DNA of 64,000 nucleotides from Amoeboaphelidium protococcarum X5 (taxonomy: Eukaryota; Fungi; Aphelidiomycota). The stretch lies in contig JALDTO010000098.1 in NCBI GenBank assembly GCA_023515725.1, positions 1,080,164-1,144,163 on the forward strand, given 5' to 3'. A program made the position numbers and the translations under genes. Positions 38,399 through 52,423 of the stretch are shown one piece after another. The notes below the pieces were generated by a model. It was given only the letters and a program-made list of their open reading frames with translations. It searched no databases and had not been told where the DNA came from. Numbering within the stretch: the stretch's first letter is position 1; each line of letters begins with the position of its first letter.

Positions 38399-39486
38399 AT
38401 GTTTAATCGCAATTATATGCAGCAATTTAGCGGTAAAGGCTAGCAATAGCATCTCATTCTCTTCCAATTGATTAATAACTGATATAATCGCATCAATCGT
38501 CAAATTCTATTAATCAGACACGGATTCCTAAAGAGTCGAATGCAGATCAGAGCTAAACACTGGCTATGGTAAATCTTTAAGGTACACTTTGATAAGCACC
38601 GCGGCGAGATGAACAGGCATGTCATAATCATCAAAATTTATACCACTCTAACCACCTTCATACGAAGCCTTAACTTTCTTCAGGTGTGCACTGTTTGGTG
38701 ATCGTCTGAATACGCCCTCAGTATCTAAACCATTCTTTTAAATGTATTGCACAGCTTCCCTGATCGGCAGTGGAATATCTCCATCTCCCATAATTGTATT
38801 GAGATTAGCACCAAAAATGTTCTTGGTCACTACCACTTGCTGCTTCTACTACAAAGTGGAATTCTTCTAACTACCAGAGGAAGCACCATCTCGAATACTA
38901 TCGTCATGATCCCTGATATCCATACTAATCTACAGCTATGAGAATCGAATGATACCAGCCTGTTCAAACTCTGCCAGACTCTTAAAGTATAAGAGTTTCT
39001 TTGCAAACTTTGGACTGACCACCATCTTGACAGCATCCATTACCCATCTGAACCATGTTGCCGGATGTACGACGACTAGGCTCTTTAAATTCTTTCTAGC
39101 ATGGCGCTGTATCTAATTATAAGTCTTGAACAGGGCAGTCCATGATGGCTTATTAGTACATGGAGACGCAAACAGGATAAGAGTATAATCCGAGTGAACA
39201 GTGTGATTAATGCTCTGCACCACAGCGTTAGTTGATATGATGTACGGGCTGTTTATGATATCCGTCAGTCTGCTAAGCAGATGCTTGTGATCCACTAATG
39301 TACTCGCAGGAATCAGATTAGCATACACAGCAACCGTCGGTCTACTATCACAGTCCGTCCCTACATTTACAATATACATTTCATTTGATATTAATATTGA
39401 TCAATTGTTGTTGAATATCACAACTTACCAGATGGAACCACAAAGTTGGCAATCACACTATCCAGTTAATCGAAATCTTGACTCAT
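38186..39486 (-). CDS. BCH/CRAL-TRIO plus RhoGAP protein (ARHGAP1/Cdc42GAP-like); one intron 39361-39428
   Basis: Exon 1 39429-39486, intron GTAAGT...TGTAG (68 nt). RKNLKSLVVVHP, GLDTEGVFRRSP (Arg finger), [15 protein letters not shown]. Confidence 0.9.
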
Positions 39487-39917
39487 GATACTTAAGATAC
39501 AAAATTCAAACCACAAGAATGTGAAACTTATAGTATACAATATTATAGCAGTATATTGGAGTGAATAATATCAGTTTCCTATAATCGTTTGAAGTAAAAG
39601 AGGAATGAAAATGAAACGAAAAAGATCGATTAATCTGAAACAACAGATGATATTGCATTGAAACGCCCAAAGTACTAAAGTTGACTCATCTTCCCATTTG
39701 AGACTTGAAATAGACGATCATAATGAAACTTGCGATTCATTTCGCGATTTCATCGTTGAATCCGTTTCAGCTGATGAGCAACGAAATATGGAATACTGCA
39801 GATACAGTACGCACTCTGAGGTGAAATGAAGAAAGACGACGACGACGCGAGAGAGAAATCCCACTCCGCTTTAGTCAAAGATCGATTTGAGATTAAGTAA
39901 CCCGTACCTTTAGGATT

Positions 39918-41099
39918 ATGCCTAAACGAAAGCTTAAAGTAGTTATTGACTCTGACTCGGATAGTTCATCGTAGAGCGAGGTGACGTACTAATAGAAAAC
40001 TGTAAATAAGAAAACGCTTGTAACCAGTAGTGATGATGATAAGGATATTGAATAAGATGTTCAGATTAAACGCGCCGCATCTAGGAGGAAGGCCAAGTTG
40101 GCATCAACCATATCCTCAGACAATGAGAACGATGCTGATAATTCAATGCAGAATACGACTACTTCAATTTTATAATAATCTAACATGATAGCTGAGGATA
40201 TGGTTCAGAGAAGGTAGCGATTATAGAGAATGTCTAATAAACTGAATCCACGCGCTAATGGTAGCAAAGATGTATCTGATGCAAATGATTGCACCAGCGA
40301 CTTGGAAGAATCTACCTGTGAAGAAGATCAAGAAGACTTGTCATTTTACGATAGCGTTAATTAATAGCTCAGTTCCACGATTGAGAATCAGATTGATCAT
40401 TGGCAGTCTCCGTTGAGGAATTAAAGTGTTGAATACTTATTCGCGCTGTATGTTCAAGTACTCGCTTGTCAAAGCTATGATCCGCAGTTCATATAATCTC
40501 TGGATAGATGTTCTGAAGAGGACGCGCAATACTTGGTGGCCGTTGATAAAATTGAGAATTCAATCAGAGATGTCAAGGATGGATTTGTCAAAAGTCAAGT
40601 GTGGCGAGGCGTGTTCCTAGAAGATTTGAATTCTCTGCCGTATGTACACACTGTTCCACTGTATGAACGTCTGGATGAAATGTGTGAAATTTGCCATCGC
40701 GATAGAGTTGTCAGCATGGAACTTACTCTACATGGACGGGAATATAACCATCGTACATTTGGCACTTATCATGACCACGTTTCTCAACAACTCAACTCAT
40801 AATCCGATCTTAGTTAGAGTGAGATTGATAACGGTAATGATGAAGACGCGGAAGAAACCTGTGTCTCGTATAAGGGTGGAATCGCGTGTGTCGACCGAGT
40901 TCTGGCGTATCATTGTCTTCAGCATTATTCGTACACGCTGTTTCATGATGTCGTGTAAGAGCTTGCTCGAATCGGCGCCAAAAATCCCTCGCTCGACTTT
41001 GACGCGAAACTCGGCCAGCTGATGGCCAGCAATATCATTGACGTTTGGCTCACTGAATACAAGACTCTCATTGAAGATGTTCGCTACAACACTAATTGA
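39918..41099 (+). CDS. CCDC82/DUF4211-like protein
   Basis: Acidic/basic N-terminus; CEICHR...LTLHGREYNHRTF, YKGGIACVDRVLAYHCLQHY. Confidence 0.7.
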
Positions 41100-41203
41100 T
41101 TCATACACTGATTTAGTAGTAATTTTATCATGGCAATTGAATGTAATTCTAAATTTCATGATTTGAACCTAGACTCGTAATGTTAATCATCGCTTTCTAA
41201 AAC

Positions 41204-41980
41204 ATGATGATCTTTGTTTGGCGTAGTACTTCCTCAACTTTTTAACAAATGAACAGCCAGCAGATCATCAGTAATAATAACAATAACAGCCATGATGAAG
41301 ACGATAACATGGTTGGTATTGAAGGCGGATTTATCAAGTCTATGACTTTGAGCAGCGATGCAATGGTAAAATAACCAGCGAGACAGAAGGACTGGACAAG
41401 TCGACATCACACTGGGATACAGAGACAATCAGTCGAACTTCCCAAAATTAATCAAAATCTTTAGCGGCCGCAATAACTTGTAAAGCTTCCCAGACTGAAG
41501 CTGCTTAATCGAGTCAAGAATCTGTTGAACGAAGAAGAGCATCCAGCTTAGAGAGAAGTGCACGGGGAGTAATAGATTGTTGAAACTATTCGGAATCGAA
41601 TGGATGAAGATGATGTAGACGACTATTATCCATCTCAGCCGTCGCTATTCGACTATGAAGATGACCATCACTCGGCGTTTGATGCAGATAGGTAATCTAT
41701 GAGAGATTCTAGTACTCTTGATGTTAGGGCGAGTATGAGCAAGCGTCGTAGATCCGATGTTGAGAGTCTGTATAGTCGAGCTAGTTCTCCGCGGTATGAA
41801 AGTTCATCCAGTTTGCATGATGTTCGACACTGGCCTGGCAGTAGTGGCGGAGGTGACTCTGAGTAATAGCGAAGAATTGCAAAGAGGAGAAGATTTACTA
41901 GAACATCTAAATTACGAGAATCTGAGATGATGGAATCACCGGATCTTAATTCCAAGTAACTTCCTGATCAACACTATTGA
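41204..41980 (+). CDS. Hypothetical low-complexity protein (~258 aa)
   Basis: Open frame under TAR=Gln filling the gap between neighbours; basic NLS-like clusters (KRRR). Start 41204 or 41249. Confidence 0.6.
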
Positions 41981-42129
41981 AAGAGATTAGCATTTATGAT
42001 AATTTTTAACACGCTCAAGATTGTTACACAAGCTTTAATTGGTTGCCGTAATTTAGAATAGTATTTCATAGTTATTGTATTAATAAAGAATAGAAACTAT
42101 CATATTATATTCTCTATTTCTTTAATCAA

Positions 42130-44031
42130 TCATTTGGAAATGAGTCTTGATTTCTGTATCTAGCTTGAAATTGCAGAGTCGTCTTTGTTAGAACCAAGTT
42201 TAGCTTTGGATGGAGTTGAAATTGTTGATTACACTTTCAGAGGGGTATTGGTAATGGATTTACCACTGCCATTAGAGAGTTGCGACTATGTCTTTTTTAG
42301 AGACTTTTACCTTTTGAACAGTCCAATGCCAATCTCGCTTTTCTACTTGATGACTTGCGGTTGAGGAGCAACTTCCAATTTCTTGATGGATTTGGTAACA
42401 TCAGACACTGAGGCATTACGCGTGCTTGATTTACGTCTTAACGGCTGAGGACTATGCGCAGCGAGAGATACGGATGACTTGGTTTTCGCGTTTACTGACT
42501 AAGTTGATGGTTTCCTTTGCAGTTAAGTCGTGGATCCCTTCTACGGTTTGCCATTTTATGCACCAGAGTATAGATTAGACGTGGATTTGGTCCTGACGCT
42601 TTATTGAGAAGGCTTCCGAGACAGCGGTTTTGTTTGGATGTTAATTGATGTTGAGGAGCGCTACACAGACTTGATAGTGACAACTTTATTATTATTCTAG
42701 CTTTCGCCAGGTACAGCCAGATTATACATGCTCTTCTTTCTCTACTAGTCAACATTAGCCGAGTATTATGAAGAATTGAGAGACTAATTAAGCTCTCCAT
42801 TAACCAAAATTTTTGGCTGATTAAGTACAGCGTCATGATCGCGGTACTCTTTTAACCAGGGATGCTTGATGAGTAATTTAGTAGATGGACGAGCATCAGG
42901 GTCGTATTAAAGCATCAATTCTATAAGATTAACACAATCATCAGATATTCCAGGATAATCGCTAATGTTAAAGAGTTTAGCGGTGCCAGTCATTTTCTGT
43001 CCCTATTGCACAAATCTGTTATAAGATTATGCGCCATAAAGCACGTAGGGAGGAAACGCTGCACGTAGTCCAGTCCCCCTAGACTCTGCAAATGTGAAGC
43101 TCTTCTTCATTATATTCGCTGGCATTGGCTTTGGATTTGGACCAGAGTTGGCCTTAATCATTGCCTGAGTGCCAGCATTAGTCATTGCCGAGATAAGCTA
43201 ATCTGATGGACCACCCAGCACATTATGAATTTTACTCAACTGATCCAGTTCATTATCTCCGGGGAAGAGAGGTATTTTAGTAAGCAGTTCAAAAAAGACA
43301 CAACTCAGTCCCCAGATATCCATCTTGAACGTGTATATACCATCATATAGTAAACACTCTGGTGCTCGGTACCATCTGGTTGCAATATACTCTGTGTAAG
43401 GCATACGAGATTGAATTCCGCGACATGATCCAAAGTCGGCCAGTTTAACAATGAGTGGATACTATGCCAGCGGCTAAGGCTTCTATAAACTTAATGATGT
43501 GGAGTCAGATTTTAAAGTTTCATATGAGTTGAGAGGTATCACAGCAGGTAGAGCATTAACATCGCCATTGACAAGAATATTCTCCGGCTTGATATCTCTA
43601 TGAAATACTCCTTTACCATGAATAAAGTCCAAAGCTTTCATCACCTGCCATAAGATCATCTTTGCGTGCGATTCCCTTACGGGTGGTTAGCCTTTACGCG
43701 ACAGCAATTCATACAGATTAGATTACATCATTTCAAACACAAGAGTAAGCACTGCATACTTGGCATCAAATATCACCTCCTCAAGCTAGACAATATTCTC
43801 GTGCCGATGCAGCCTACGCAGTGCCTAAGTCTCTCTCAACAGCTCAATTTCTTCCACCTTATTGTAACGCTTCTTGAACCGCTTCAACGCGTAAAATCTA
43901 TCACTGATGGTCTGCTTTCGCGCCTTGAACACTTCGCTGAATGCTCCTTCTCCCAATCTCCCGATTATTTGATACTCTCCAATATATTACTACTACTACT
44001 ACTATAATGATGCTTGTTATTGCTATGACAT
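42130..44031 (-). CDS. MOK: MOK/RAGE (LF4-like) RCK-family Ser/Thr kinase
   Basis: LGEGAFSEV, HRDIKPENIL, KLADFGSCRG...PYTEYIATRWYRAPECLL (TEY loop), PLFPGDNELDQ; N-terminal polyQ written (TAG)5TAA. Confidence 0.88.
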
Positions 44032-44275
44032 TATCAACTGGTGAATTTTGGGAATAGAAAAGATGCGAAAGTGGAAGCTTCATCATTATAGCGAAGTACA
44101 TCAATGGGGATGCTCCTCTGAGACAATGATTGGTGCGTAATAAGAGCAATCCTGCATATCTCGGCAACAGGTTGATTTCCTATAATAATGTGGACTCTGG
44201 AAAGAAAGTTATATAAGATGCATGCAGAGCATCATACTGAAACATACAAATCTAATGCCATTAACGATAGTTTAT

Positions 44276-45508
44276 TCACTAATTCTCTGCAATCGGAGGT
44301 AATGTAGTGGATGACTCGTCTTGGGCATCCCAGATGTGTTTAGTCACCACTTTCTGCATTGAGAAGCCATTGACGCGGTTTGATTTAAACAAAGCCTTCA
44401 ACTTATCATCACAAAGGATATAACGACCATCTTTAGGATCTTGTAGTTTATGCTCTTTAATGTATGCCCATAAGTGCTTATTAACATCGAAATTAGATAA
44501 ACGCTCCTTCTGAACTATTGCCTGTAGTTATGGTGATAGCAATTTGGCTTTAAAGCGCTTGGGAGTGGTTGCTCCCAATTTTACAGCAGGTTTACGACGC
44601 TTTTTATTATTGTTGTTATTACTAGAGGTGGACTTCTTGGACCGTCTCCTTTTTATCCGCTCAAATTTATCCACTGCATAATCGCCGCTCGTCATTGAAG
44701 AGATGGATGACGCGACACTACTAGCATCATTATCAACACTATCCATATCTTCTTTATCTGTATCATCATGATCACCATCATCATCATCATCTTCGGTGAC
44801 AGTTGCATTTAAATCATCCAGATCAAACAAGTGCTTAGAAAAGTGAGCATTGATCTTAAACATTGAAATACGCTTGACTTTACATATGGCCTTTATATTC
44901 TCGTCGCATAAAATATATCGACCATCATTAGGATCTTGCAGATTATTAGCCTTCACATAAACATGTAGAGCTTTCACCACCTCAACTCTTGAAGCTGTAT
45001 CAGAGCCTACAATCTTCTACAAGTGCTCACTCAAACGGAGCACCTTATGGAAGCCAGACTTTTTCAAGTGTGTCACTATAGTCCGCTTACCACTCTTTCG
45101 CAGATCCTGATTACGTAGGCGTGAATCCAACTCTTCATCATCAGAGTCATAGATATACTCTGAACTGATGTTTTTACGCTTCTTGCTCTTCTTTGCAGCA
45201 GACTATGATGACTGTCTTGAATCAGATTTAATGTTGAGATTTACAGATTCCTGAGACGCTGATATTTGGGATTAAGTATCATCATCACCCTCTTCAGCTG
45301 TATCTTCCTGAGGTTCATTTTACTTTACTTTAACTGGCTTCTTTGCTTTGGTGTTTTTCAAATTAATTTTAGCCTGTGGCGTCTATTATTCACTAGAAGC
45401 CTTAACAGCCAGTAACAACTTGTTCCTATACAAATCCAACTCTTCGTCATACTCTTCCTCACTAGTCAACACTGAACTACTCTTCGCCGCTACCTGATTA
45501 TACTCCAT
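44276..45508 (-). CDS. Tandem SWIB/MDM2-domain protein (UAF30/TRI1-like)
   Basis: Two SWIB domains: LSEHLQKIVG...SRVEVVKALHVYVKANNLQDPNDGRYILCD and LSPQLQAIV...LWAYIKEHKLQDPKDGRYILCD. Confidence 0.88.
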
Positions 45509-45861
45509 GTCTTTTCTATATATTACTTTCACTATAGATGATTTTGATTTTTCTAATAATAATAACTAGTTTAAGAGAAACTTTGACTATGAGAATTTGA
45601 AACTTTGATCAAATAATAATTAATGATTAGCGATCCTGCTTAAAAATAGCTCAATCGCTCTAATGATGACTCAAAACTGCTAAATCACTATTGGAATCAA
45701 GCAAGGATCAAACTAGAATGAAACGAGTCTCCACTTGCAGATATGTATCACGACATTATGCTATTTAAATATCGCATATTTCAGTTTCGACGTTGTTCTT
45801 CATGAAGATAAATCGTTTAAGAATGGTTCATTTGTTTCGCAATAATTTAATGGCTGTTTCA

Positions 45862-45897
45862 CTCATTCATTCAATCAATCATTCAATCAATCAATCA
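45862..45897. repeat. (TCAT/TCAA)n tetranucleotide microsatellite in a divergent intergenic region
   Basis: ctcattcattcaatcaatcattcaatcaatcaatc. Confidence 0.7.
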
Positions 45898-46029
45898 TAA
45901 CTCCGCTCCAAGAGTGTTCTGTTTCGACTTGGATATTCTTTCCTCTTCCGTAGACATTTGCGAGAGTCTATTACTTTAACATACACAGCTAGTATTGGAA
46001 GCGCCGAATTTTTTATATAGCATTATATA

Positions 46030-49000
46030 ATGGACCTGAATAAGCTTTTTGGACCTCTAGTTAACTAGGATGGAGATGAATTGAGTGAAGAATAGATTAC
46101 GAGTTTAATTAGTTCTGTGGACAGAACGCAGGTGGTCAAGAGAACTGTTATTGCGTGGCGTCTCTGTGCATACATTGAGAAGAATCCTAATGCTTACTTT
46201 TCTGTTCTGAATAAAGTTCAGTCAGACTACCTGATTTAATCTACCATCTTACATTACAATGGCTAGCAGGCTACTAGTTTTGTCGAAGGCTTGGTACAGG
46301 ATCTGTGTAAGGTTTGGAAGACTTTATCGTCAAGTGACAGCTGCGGTCGCAATGAGTGTCTTAAAGCGATGTGTCTCCTGATGCCTCATTGTGTGAAATT
46401 ATCATCCACAGCTGTCCGCGAATTGAATAGAATAGTCAAGCAGGTGTCATCCATCTCTCATGATTGTGAGTGGAAAGCTTAATTTCTTCAGTTATTGTGT
46501 TCAATCTCTAGTTAAGGTGCTCTGTCTATTAGAGTGTTCGCATCTCTAGTGGACGATGATAATTACATAAAGTGCATTATTCGGTTATTTGAAGGTGTAT
46601 CTGGTATTACTCGCAGTCATATATGTTATCTGCTGAAGAATCTGCTGTCTAATTGTGGACAAAAGTTGATGTAGATGCGTTTGAATAAGATTTCATCTCT
46701 TTAGTTTAATGATGAGCTTACACAATCCTTGATTAAGAGTATGTAATTGGATATATTTTCTGTTCAGTAATAGTAGTAGCTCTTCAATGGCGGTGGTGGT
46801 AGCAGTAAGTTTATGAAAGTTTTCCTGATTCTTGCTGCCTACTTGACTAAATTCAGTGACAACAGAGACGTTATCTTGGGAATTTTTGAGGCATTTCATA
46901 TAATCTTGCGATAGAATGGTGTAATTAGTGCTGAAAGTTGGATGTAGTATTTCAAATTCTTTATGAGTTTATTTATTGATTCCAGATTTGATGTAAATTG
47001 TGAATTGTAATTGATGAAGCGTGGACTTTGTAGCTGGATAGTATAAGAAGTGTTGATTAAGAGCTATTCTGGTAGCTTTAAAAGTTAGATTGTTGGCTTG
47101 ATATTTTAAACTTATCTTACTCCAATCTGCCAGCAGCTGAAGTAGCCATCTGCTGAAGGTGGAAAAGTATCGTATGAAGTAGTGTCGTTAATGATATTCT
47201 GTATGGACAATCTTTCATCGTTCCTATCTTTCGGGGCACAATTACAGGATGGTGAGTAATTGCAATGTCTGACGAAAGTTTTATTGGAACAGAAATTAAC
47301 ATTTGACAGTTTAACGCGGTAAAGAAATAATATCAGTTTGCTGGTGTCATTCGCTTGGCTTTGTAAAGCTTATGTAAAGACTTAGCCTTCTGGATGTATT
47401 AATATTCTGAAATATCTCATCGGATTCATGGAATAAGTTGGAAGTTCAGTCACGATGGCTTCCATTGATAGTTATGTGGCATGTGCGGTTATAGTTAGTT
47501 ATGCCATATCTGATCTTAATCCGGTACATTTTACGTTCGATTGGTTGCAAAGTTTGGTTATGATTGCATTTTAAAGTGTAAAAGTGGGCCTTAAAACTGC
47601 AGAAACTTTTCTCCTTAAAGAGAATGCTTTTAAACTGGAGGAGAAGCAAAAGGCAGTATATCTCAAAAAGGCTTGTAGTTTAACTTTTGTCGGATTCTTG
47701 CTTCTATCTGCATTTGTGAATTTGAATTCAGAGTTTGTTAGCTATCATCTACCTCAGATTTTCGCCCACCTCAAGTCTCATCTGGTGAAGATTAACAAGG
47801 ATGGTCTCCCTCCCGCTTCATCTACTGATACTAATAATTTGCCATTGTCTGCAGATGGCTGGTGTTGGGCAGTTTGTTCTCGCAATGCTGCCATGTCTTT
47901 AATGTGGTGTCTCTTGAGTAAGTGTCAATCATTGCTGAATGCCGATATGTACAAGAGACTTATGTCGTGGACTTAGAATACGCTTGTGACTGCTCATAAT
48001 GTCCCGGCTTCTATTGCTCACATATTGTAGTACTCTAATTCTAGTATATAATCTTTCAACAGCTTCAGTCGCCATTTCGTATCCACTGACAGTGCGTTAA
48101 TCAAGTAGTCCGGGCCTGCGTAATTTAATCTATAGTCGCTCAATGTTGTCGAAAATCCATTTCTTATATCATAGATTAGTGGATGCGCTGTCTAACTGAA
48201 AAGTAGAATTTATCAAGTGTATTTTGAATTGCACCCGCTTGTGTTCACTAAAGCATATGTGGCTCGAATGGATAAAGGACAGCTTTAATCTCACTAGTAG
48301 TCCATCTTTCAGATCATGCGATCTGTCATGGAGTTTATAACCTCAGATGTGTATCTGCTAATTCCACAAAATGCAGATTTGAATAAAGTGGTGTCATATT
48401 ATTCCGATTTGCAGAAACGAATTTGCATTCTTCATTCTACGGATGATGGTCAGGTGAAAGCTATACCGGCGTCTTAGGTGATGTGGGACTCTGAAGATTA
48501 ATCCAGTGCGTTGAGAAGAGTTATCCCGGACAATCTGTGTCAAACTTCTTTGATATTATTTTATTCATTGGGCGGTATAAGCGAAAACTAGTCAATCGCT
48601 AGCCAACCCATTAACGTAAGAAAGAAGAGTATTCTGGGTGGTGTTTTTGATGGTGCGGCGTCTTAGTAAGAATCTTCAAACTCCATCAATGAGGGAACAA
48701 GTCCGGCAAGCTCGTTTGGTCAATGTAATATACCTTGGTTTACGTGTGATTTATCTAACGATTTGCATGACGGATTACTGTTCAGTGCTCCTCATTCTTA
48801 GATTCGTAATAAGCCTCTCTTGCTCTCTCTGAATGTATATGCCACTGATGCTGCCATAGGAGTGTTTGCCACTCTATTCTTGGAGTAGGATGATTCCTAT
48901 AAAGAGGTTTTGCTGGATTAGATTGTCAAGACGATAAGGATTTTCAAGTAGCATGCGGCCGTGGTTTCATCGGCTAATGCAACCCAAAATGTTCCCAAGT

Positions 49001-52000
49001 TTGTATCTGGTCTTATCCAGGCCCACCTCTCAAAAGGCATCATCAATTCTATAGTTGCCCTTGAACGATCGCATAGCATGCACCGCGTGGAAAATGTGAA
49101 TTATAGCGCCAAAGCCCTTCAACTTCTGGAAGAATTGTATTTTGAATCTCTGCAATCTCCCATCGGATAAATTAAGTTGGCCAGTTCTGCTTTATCTGCA
49201 TCTATTGCCAGGAATGTTGCTGCAAGTGTAAAAGATGGTACTTATAGTAATCAGCTTTTCGACAATGTGTTGGAAAAAGCTATTTAGTCGGCTTAGAATG
49301 CATAATTAAGAGCTGGAGCTATTTATGGAGCGTCCTGTGTTTTGATAGAGACTCAGCAGTTGAACTCTAGTGCGAATTAATGCAGAAAATTGATTGATGT
49401 TCTGATTCAACTCTCAAAAGATCAGAATCAACTGGTGCATTAATGGAGTCTTATGTCGTTATCCAGGCTTTTTGAAGCATGTGGAATGTAGTTGTTCTCA
49501 GTGGTTGGTCGAAAGTATTTGTGCGATATTATTGCTTAACTGTGCGTTTTTGTGTTCGATTCTCCGGTACATGTACCATGTTGGGGCAGTGAGTAACAGT
49601 AATAATCCAATAGTAATAACATGCCCATATCTTAACTTTCTTAGTCAGATATCTGTCCCTATAATTCTGTATTGCGTATTGTACGCTTCATTATGAATGC
49701 AATCGGCCCTGAGCTCTCTGGTGGATCTGGTAAAGAGTTTGGTGTGTTTTCTTATCTAGTATCTTCATTCGTAGAAGATTTGCTGATTCAAAATGGAATG
49801 GCCATATGTCCTGTGTCTGAGTCAAATTTAGTACAGTCGATCGCTGTACCATTTTAGATCAGGTTCAACCTAAAGTTTATTGCTTAAAATTACTCGCTGA
49901 CTGACATGCAGCCTATTCTTTGCTCATTTCTGTGTAGTCCGAGTCCGTATGAATTTACAATGTCGGAATTGCTGAATAATGTGCACGATATGCTTCTGTA
50001 TAAACTTGCCTCTATTTTTGAACCATCTCAACTTATGTAGAAGCTCCAGCTCCTGCTTTGCGTCGCACCATAGTAAGGTGAACCTTATGAGATGTAGAAT
50101 GCTGTAGTTAAACTACTTTGGTAATAGTACCTGCATCAAGACGACGTTAGCGAATCATCATTCTATAGCTCTAGCTTTGTAGAGATGCTATTGTACTTTG
50201 TTGGTTAATTCTAATTGGTTGATTCTTCTAATGATTTCCCGGCTTCTTAGTCTTAAAGTCTCAGTGTGTAACGGTGCACTGAGATTATATAGCGCATTTG
50301 TCGTAATGACTACGCCAATGGTAAATATAGCACATGGCTGACTTTGTTTAAAGATCTTACGACTAGAGTCCAATCGCTGCAATAGTAGCACGACGATAAT
50401 GAAGAGGATATCGCGTCTACCGTTGATTCTACGCAGGAAAATCAAGCTGGTAGAGAAGATACCAGTTAAGTTAAAAATGATGGCATGGAAGAAGAAATGG
50501 ATGATTTTGATAATGAAAGATCTGATTATAACAATGGTCAAAGGGTGGATGATAAAGCATCTGATACTTAATCAGTACGTGCGAGATCTCAGTCAAGGCG
50601 GTCTAATGTAGATGAAGTTCCAGGAAGCCCCATGAAATTATAAAGTGGAAGAATACTCGGCTCTTAGTTTAATGGCGGCGGTGCAGCGTAGTAGTAATAA
50701 CTGGCAAACGGATTTTTGTCATTTGCGACTACGAAATGGATTCAGCAATGCTCAGTCTTCAGCGAGTCGTCTAAATCAAATGTTGTCCATATGCTCAAGG
50801 GTCTTCTTGGTGGAATTTAAGAATCTCTCAACAACAATAATACATCGCCTTTGCTGACTCTCCAGGTTGACTTGCTCATGGCTCGCTAGTTAGTATCGAA
50901 GCTCAAAGCTGCCAATTCTGCAGATAAGCTGGCCAGCATGACGCCGGTAGTCATGAGATTGTCCGAGTTGATTGGAATGTGTTTCCAGTTGCTTTCTGTC
51001 GCTACCACCACTCAACTTCGCTCTGCCGTCGGTGATCTACTGTGTGCTATATTTCAATTGTATGGCCCTGTAAGAGATCCCGATTTTCCAGAATCTTCAA
51101 TCTTGGAGTAGTATTAGGCTCAGATCAACTCTGGTCTAGCATAGTTCATGCCTAGTAAAGAGCATGGAGGTTAGGTGGAATTGGATACGGTGATTTCTAT
51201 TCTGAAGACTTGTTTTGTTTACTTTACATGTGGCATTGCTTCATCTGCATCATCTGTGAGTCGAATTGTAGAATTGGTAAGTGGATTGTCCAGGATGTTA
51301 AACAAGCCTGATTGTAGTTTTAGTTTGGAATTCTACAGTCTTGCTCGCCTCTAGTATGTTAAATGTATATCTAATCTTTACGCTTTGGCTGATAAGAGTT
51401 CCGTATTAACAGATATTTTGATGCAGCTCAGCTAAGCTGATGTCTATGAATTATGGCTAACAAACTTCTTTTCCGATTACATGCTCCTCCGTCATGGAAG
51501 TAACGCAATGTCTGTTGAGAGTCCAAATTCTACTTCGAGTAAGATTTAGGAATTGATGGCGACTTCAATGGATGTCTATGCCAACAATGGGCTCTCTGAT
51601 TTCTGCTACATTGATTCTACAAGACGCGCTCTTCATGAGGAATATGTTGATGCATGGCCTTAATTATCTATTGCATGTGGTCGCTTCTTGTTGAAGAATG
51701 CTGAAGTGGCCAATAATATGACATCCCTGCGTTGTATGGTTATATTTGGTCAGTGTTTTGAAGTTTCACTCTCTTATAGTAGATCGTTATGTTCCATTGA
51801 CCGATGCAAATCCGCTCTAGTGCTCCTTCAAAGTCTACTGGTATCATAATCTGCAGAAAAGCTGCTGCAATGGCTCGACACTGATATGTTTAAGGAGATG
51901 GTTGATGCCATGTACTTTAGCCTGGAGTAGGAATTATCTCCATCCAAGAAGCGGAAAGAGCCATCTGCTCAGTACATATCACCATCTCTGATCATGCTAT

Positions 52001-52326
52001 TGGCTAATTTTGTGAGATTGAAAACTGAGTACGTGTAATCTAATAACATTGTGTTCCAGATCTTGATATCATTCGTGTACAACACATGGTAAACTTATAT
52101 GAAGTGTGACATTGATCAATGTGATTTGAATATGCTCAAGCCATGCCTCGACTTGCTTGATCGATTGTGGACCATATCATTGTAGCATTAGTCGTAGGGT
52201 GATTAATGGAACAATGATATCAGACTAACTGTACTTTACTTACTGACATCATGCCAAGAATATGGTCTAACCATTGATGATTCTTGCAATGCAACTTGCC
52301 TAAGATTATTAAAGTCAATTAGTTGA
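46030..52326 (+). CDS. LAA1: HEATR5/LAA1, AP-1 accessory HEAT-repeat protein (~2098 aa)
   Basis: Long helical frame; VSYHLPQI, LSKDQNQLVHQWSL, LSELIGMCF and DPDFPESSILEQYQAQINSGL (both EQYQ Gln are TAG). Confidence 0.85.
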
Positions 52327-52363
52327 GTTAATAAAATATGTTGATCTTATTTCGATTTTGACG

Positions 52364-52369
52364 ACGCGT
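52364..52369. promoter_or_regulatory. ACGCGT (MCB-like) box in the 97-nt gap upstream of the RF2 gene
   Basis: About 55 nt before the ATG; the same motif recurs upstream of many genes in the window. Confidence 0.5.
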
Positions 52370-52423
52370 TAAGACACTTTTTCCGTTTAGAGATTGATTA
52401 CTTTAGATTCAATCAATAGATAG

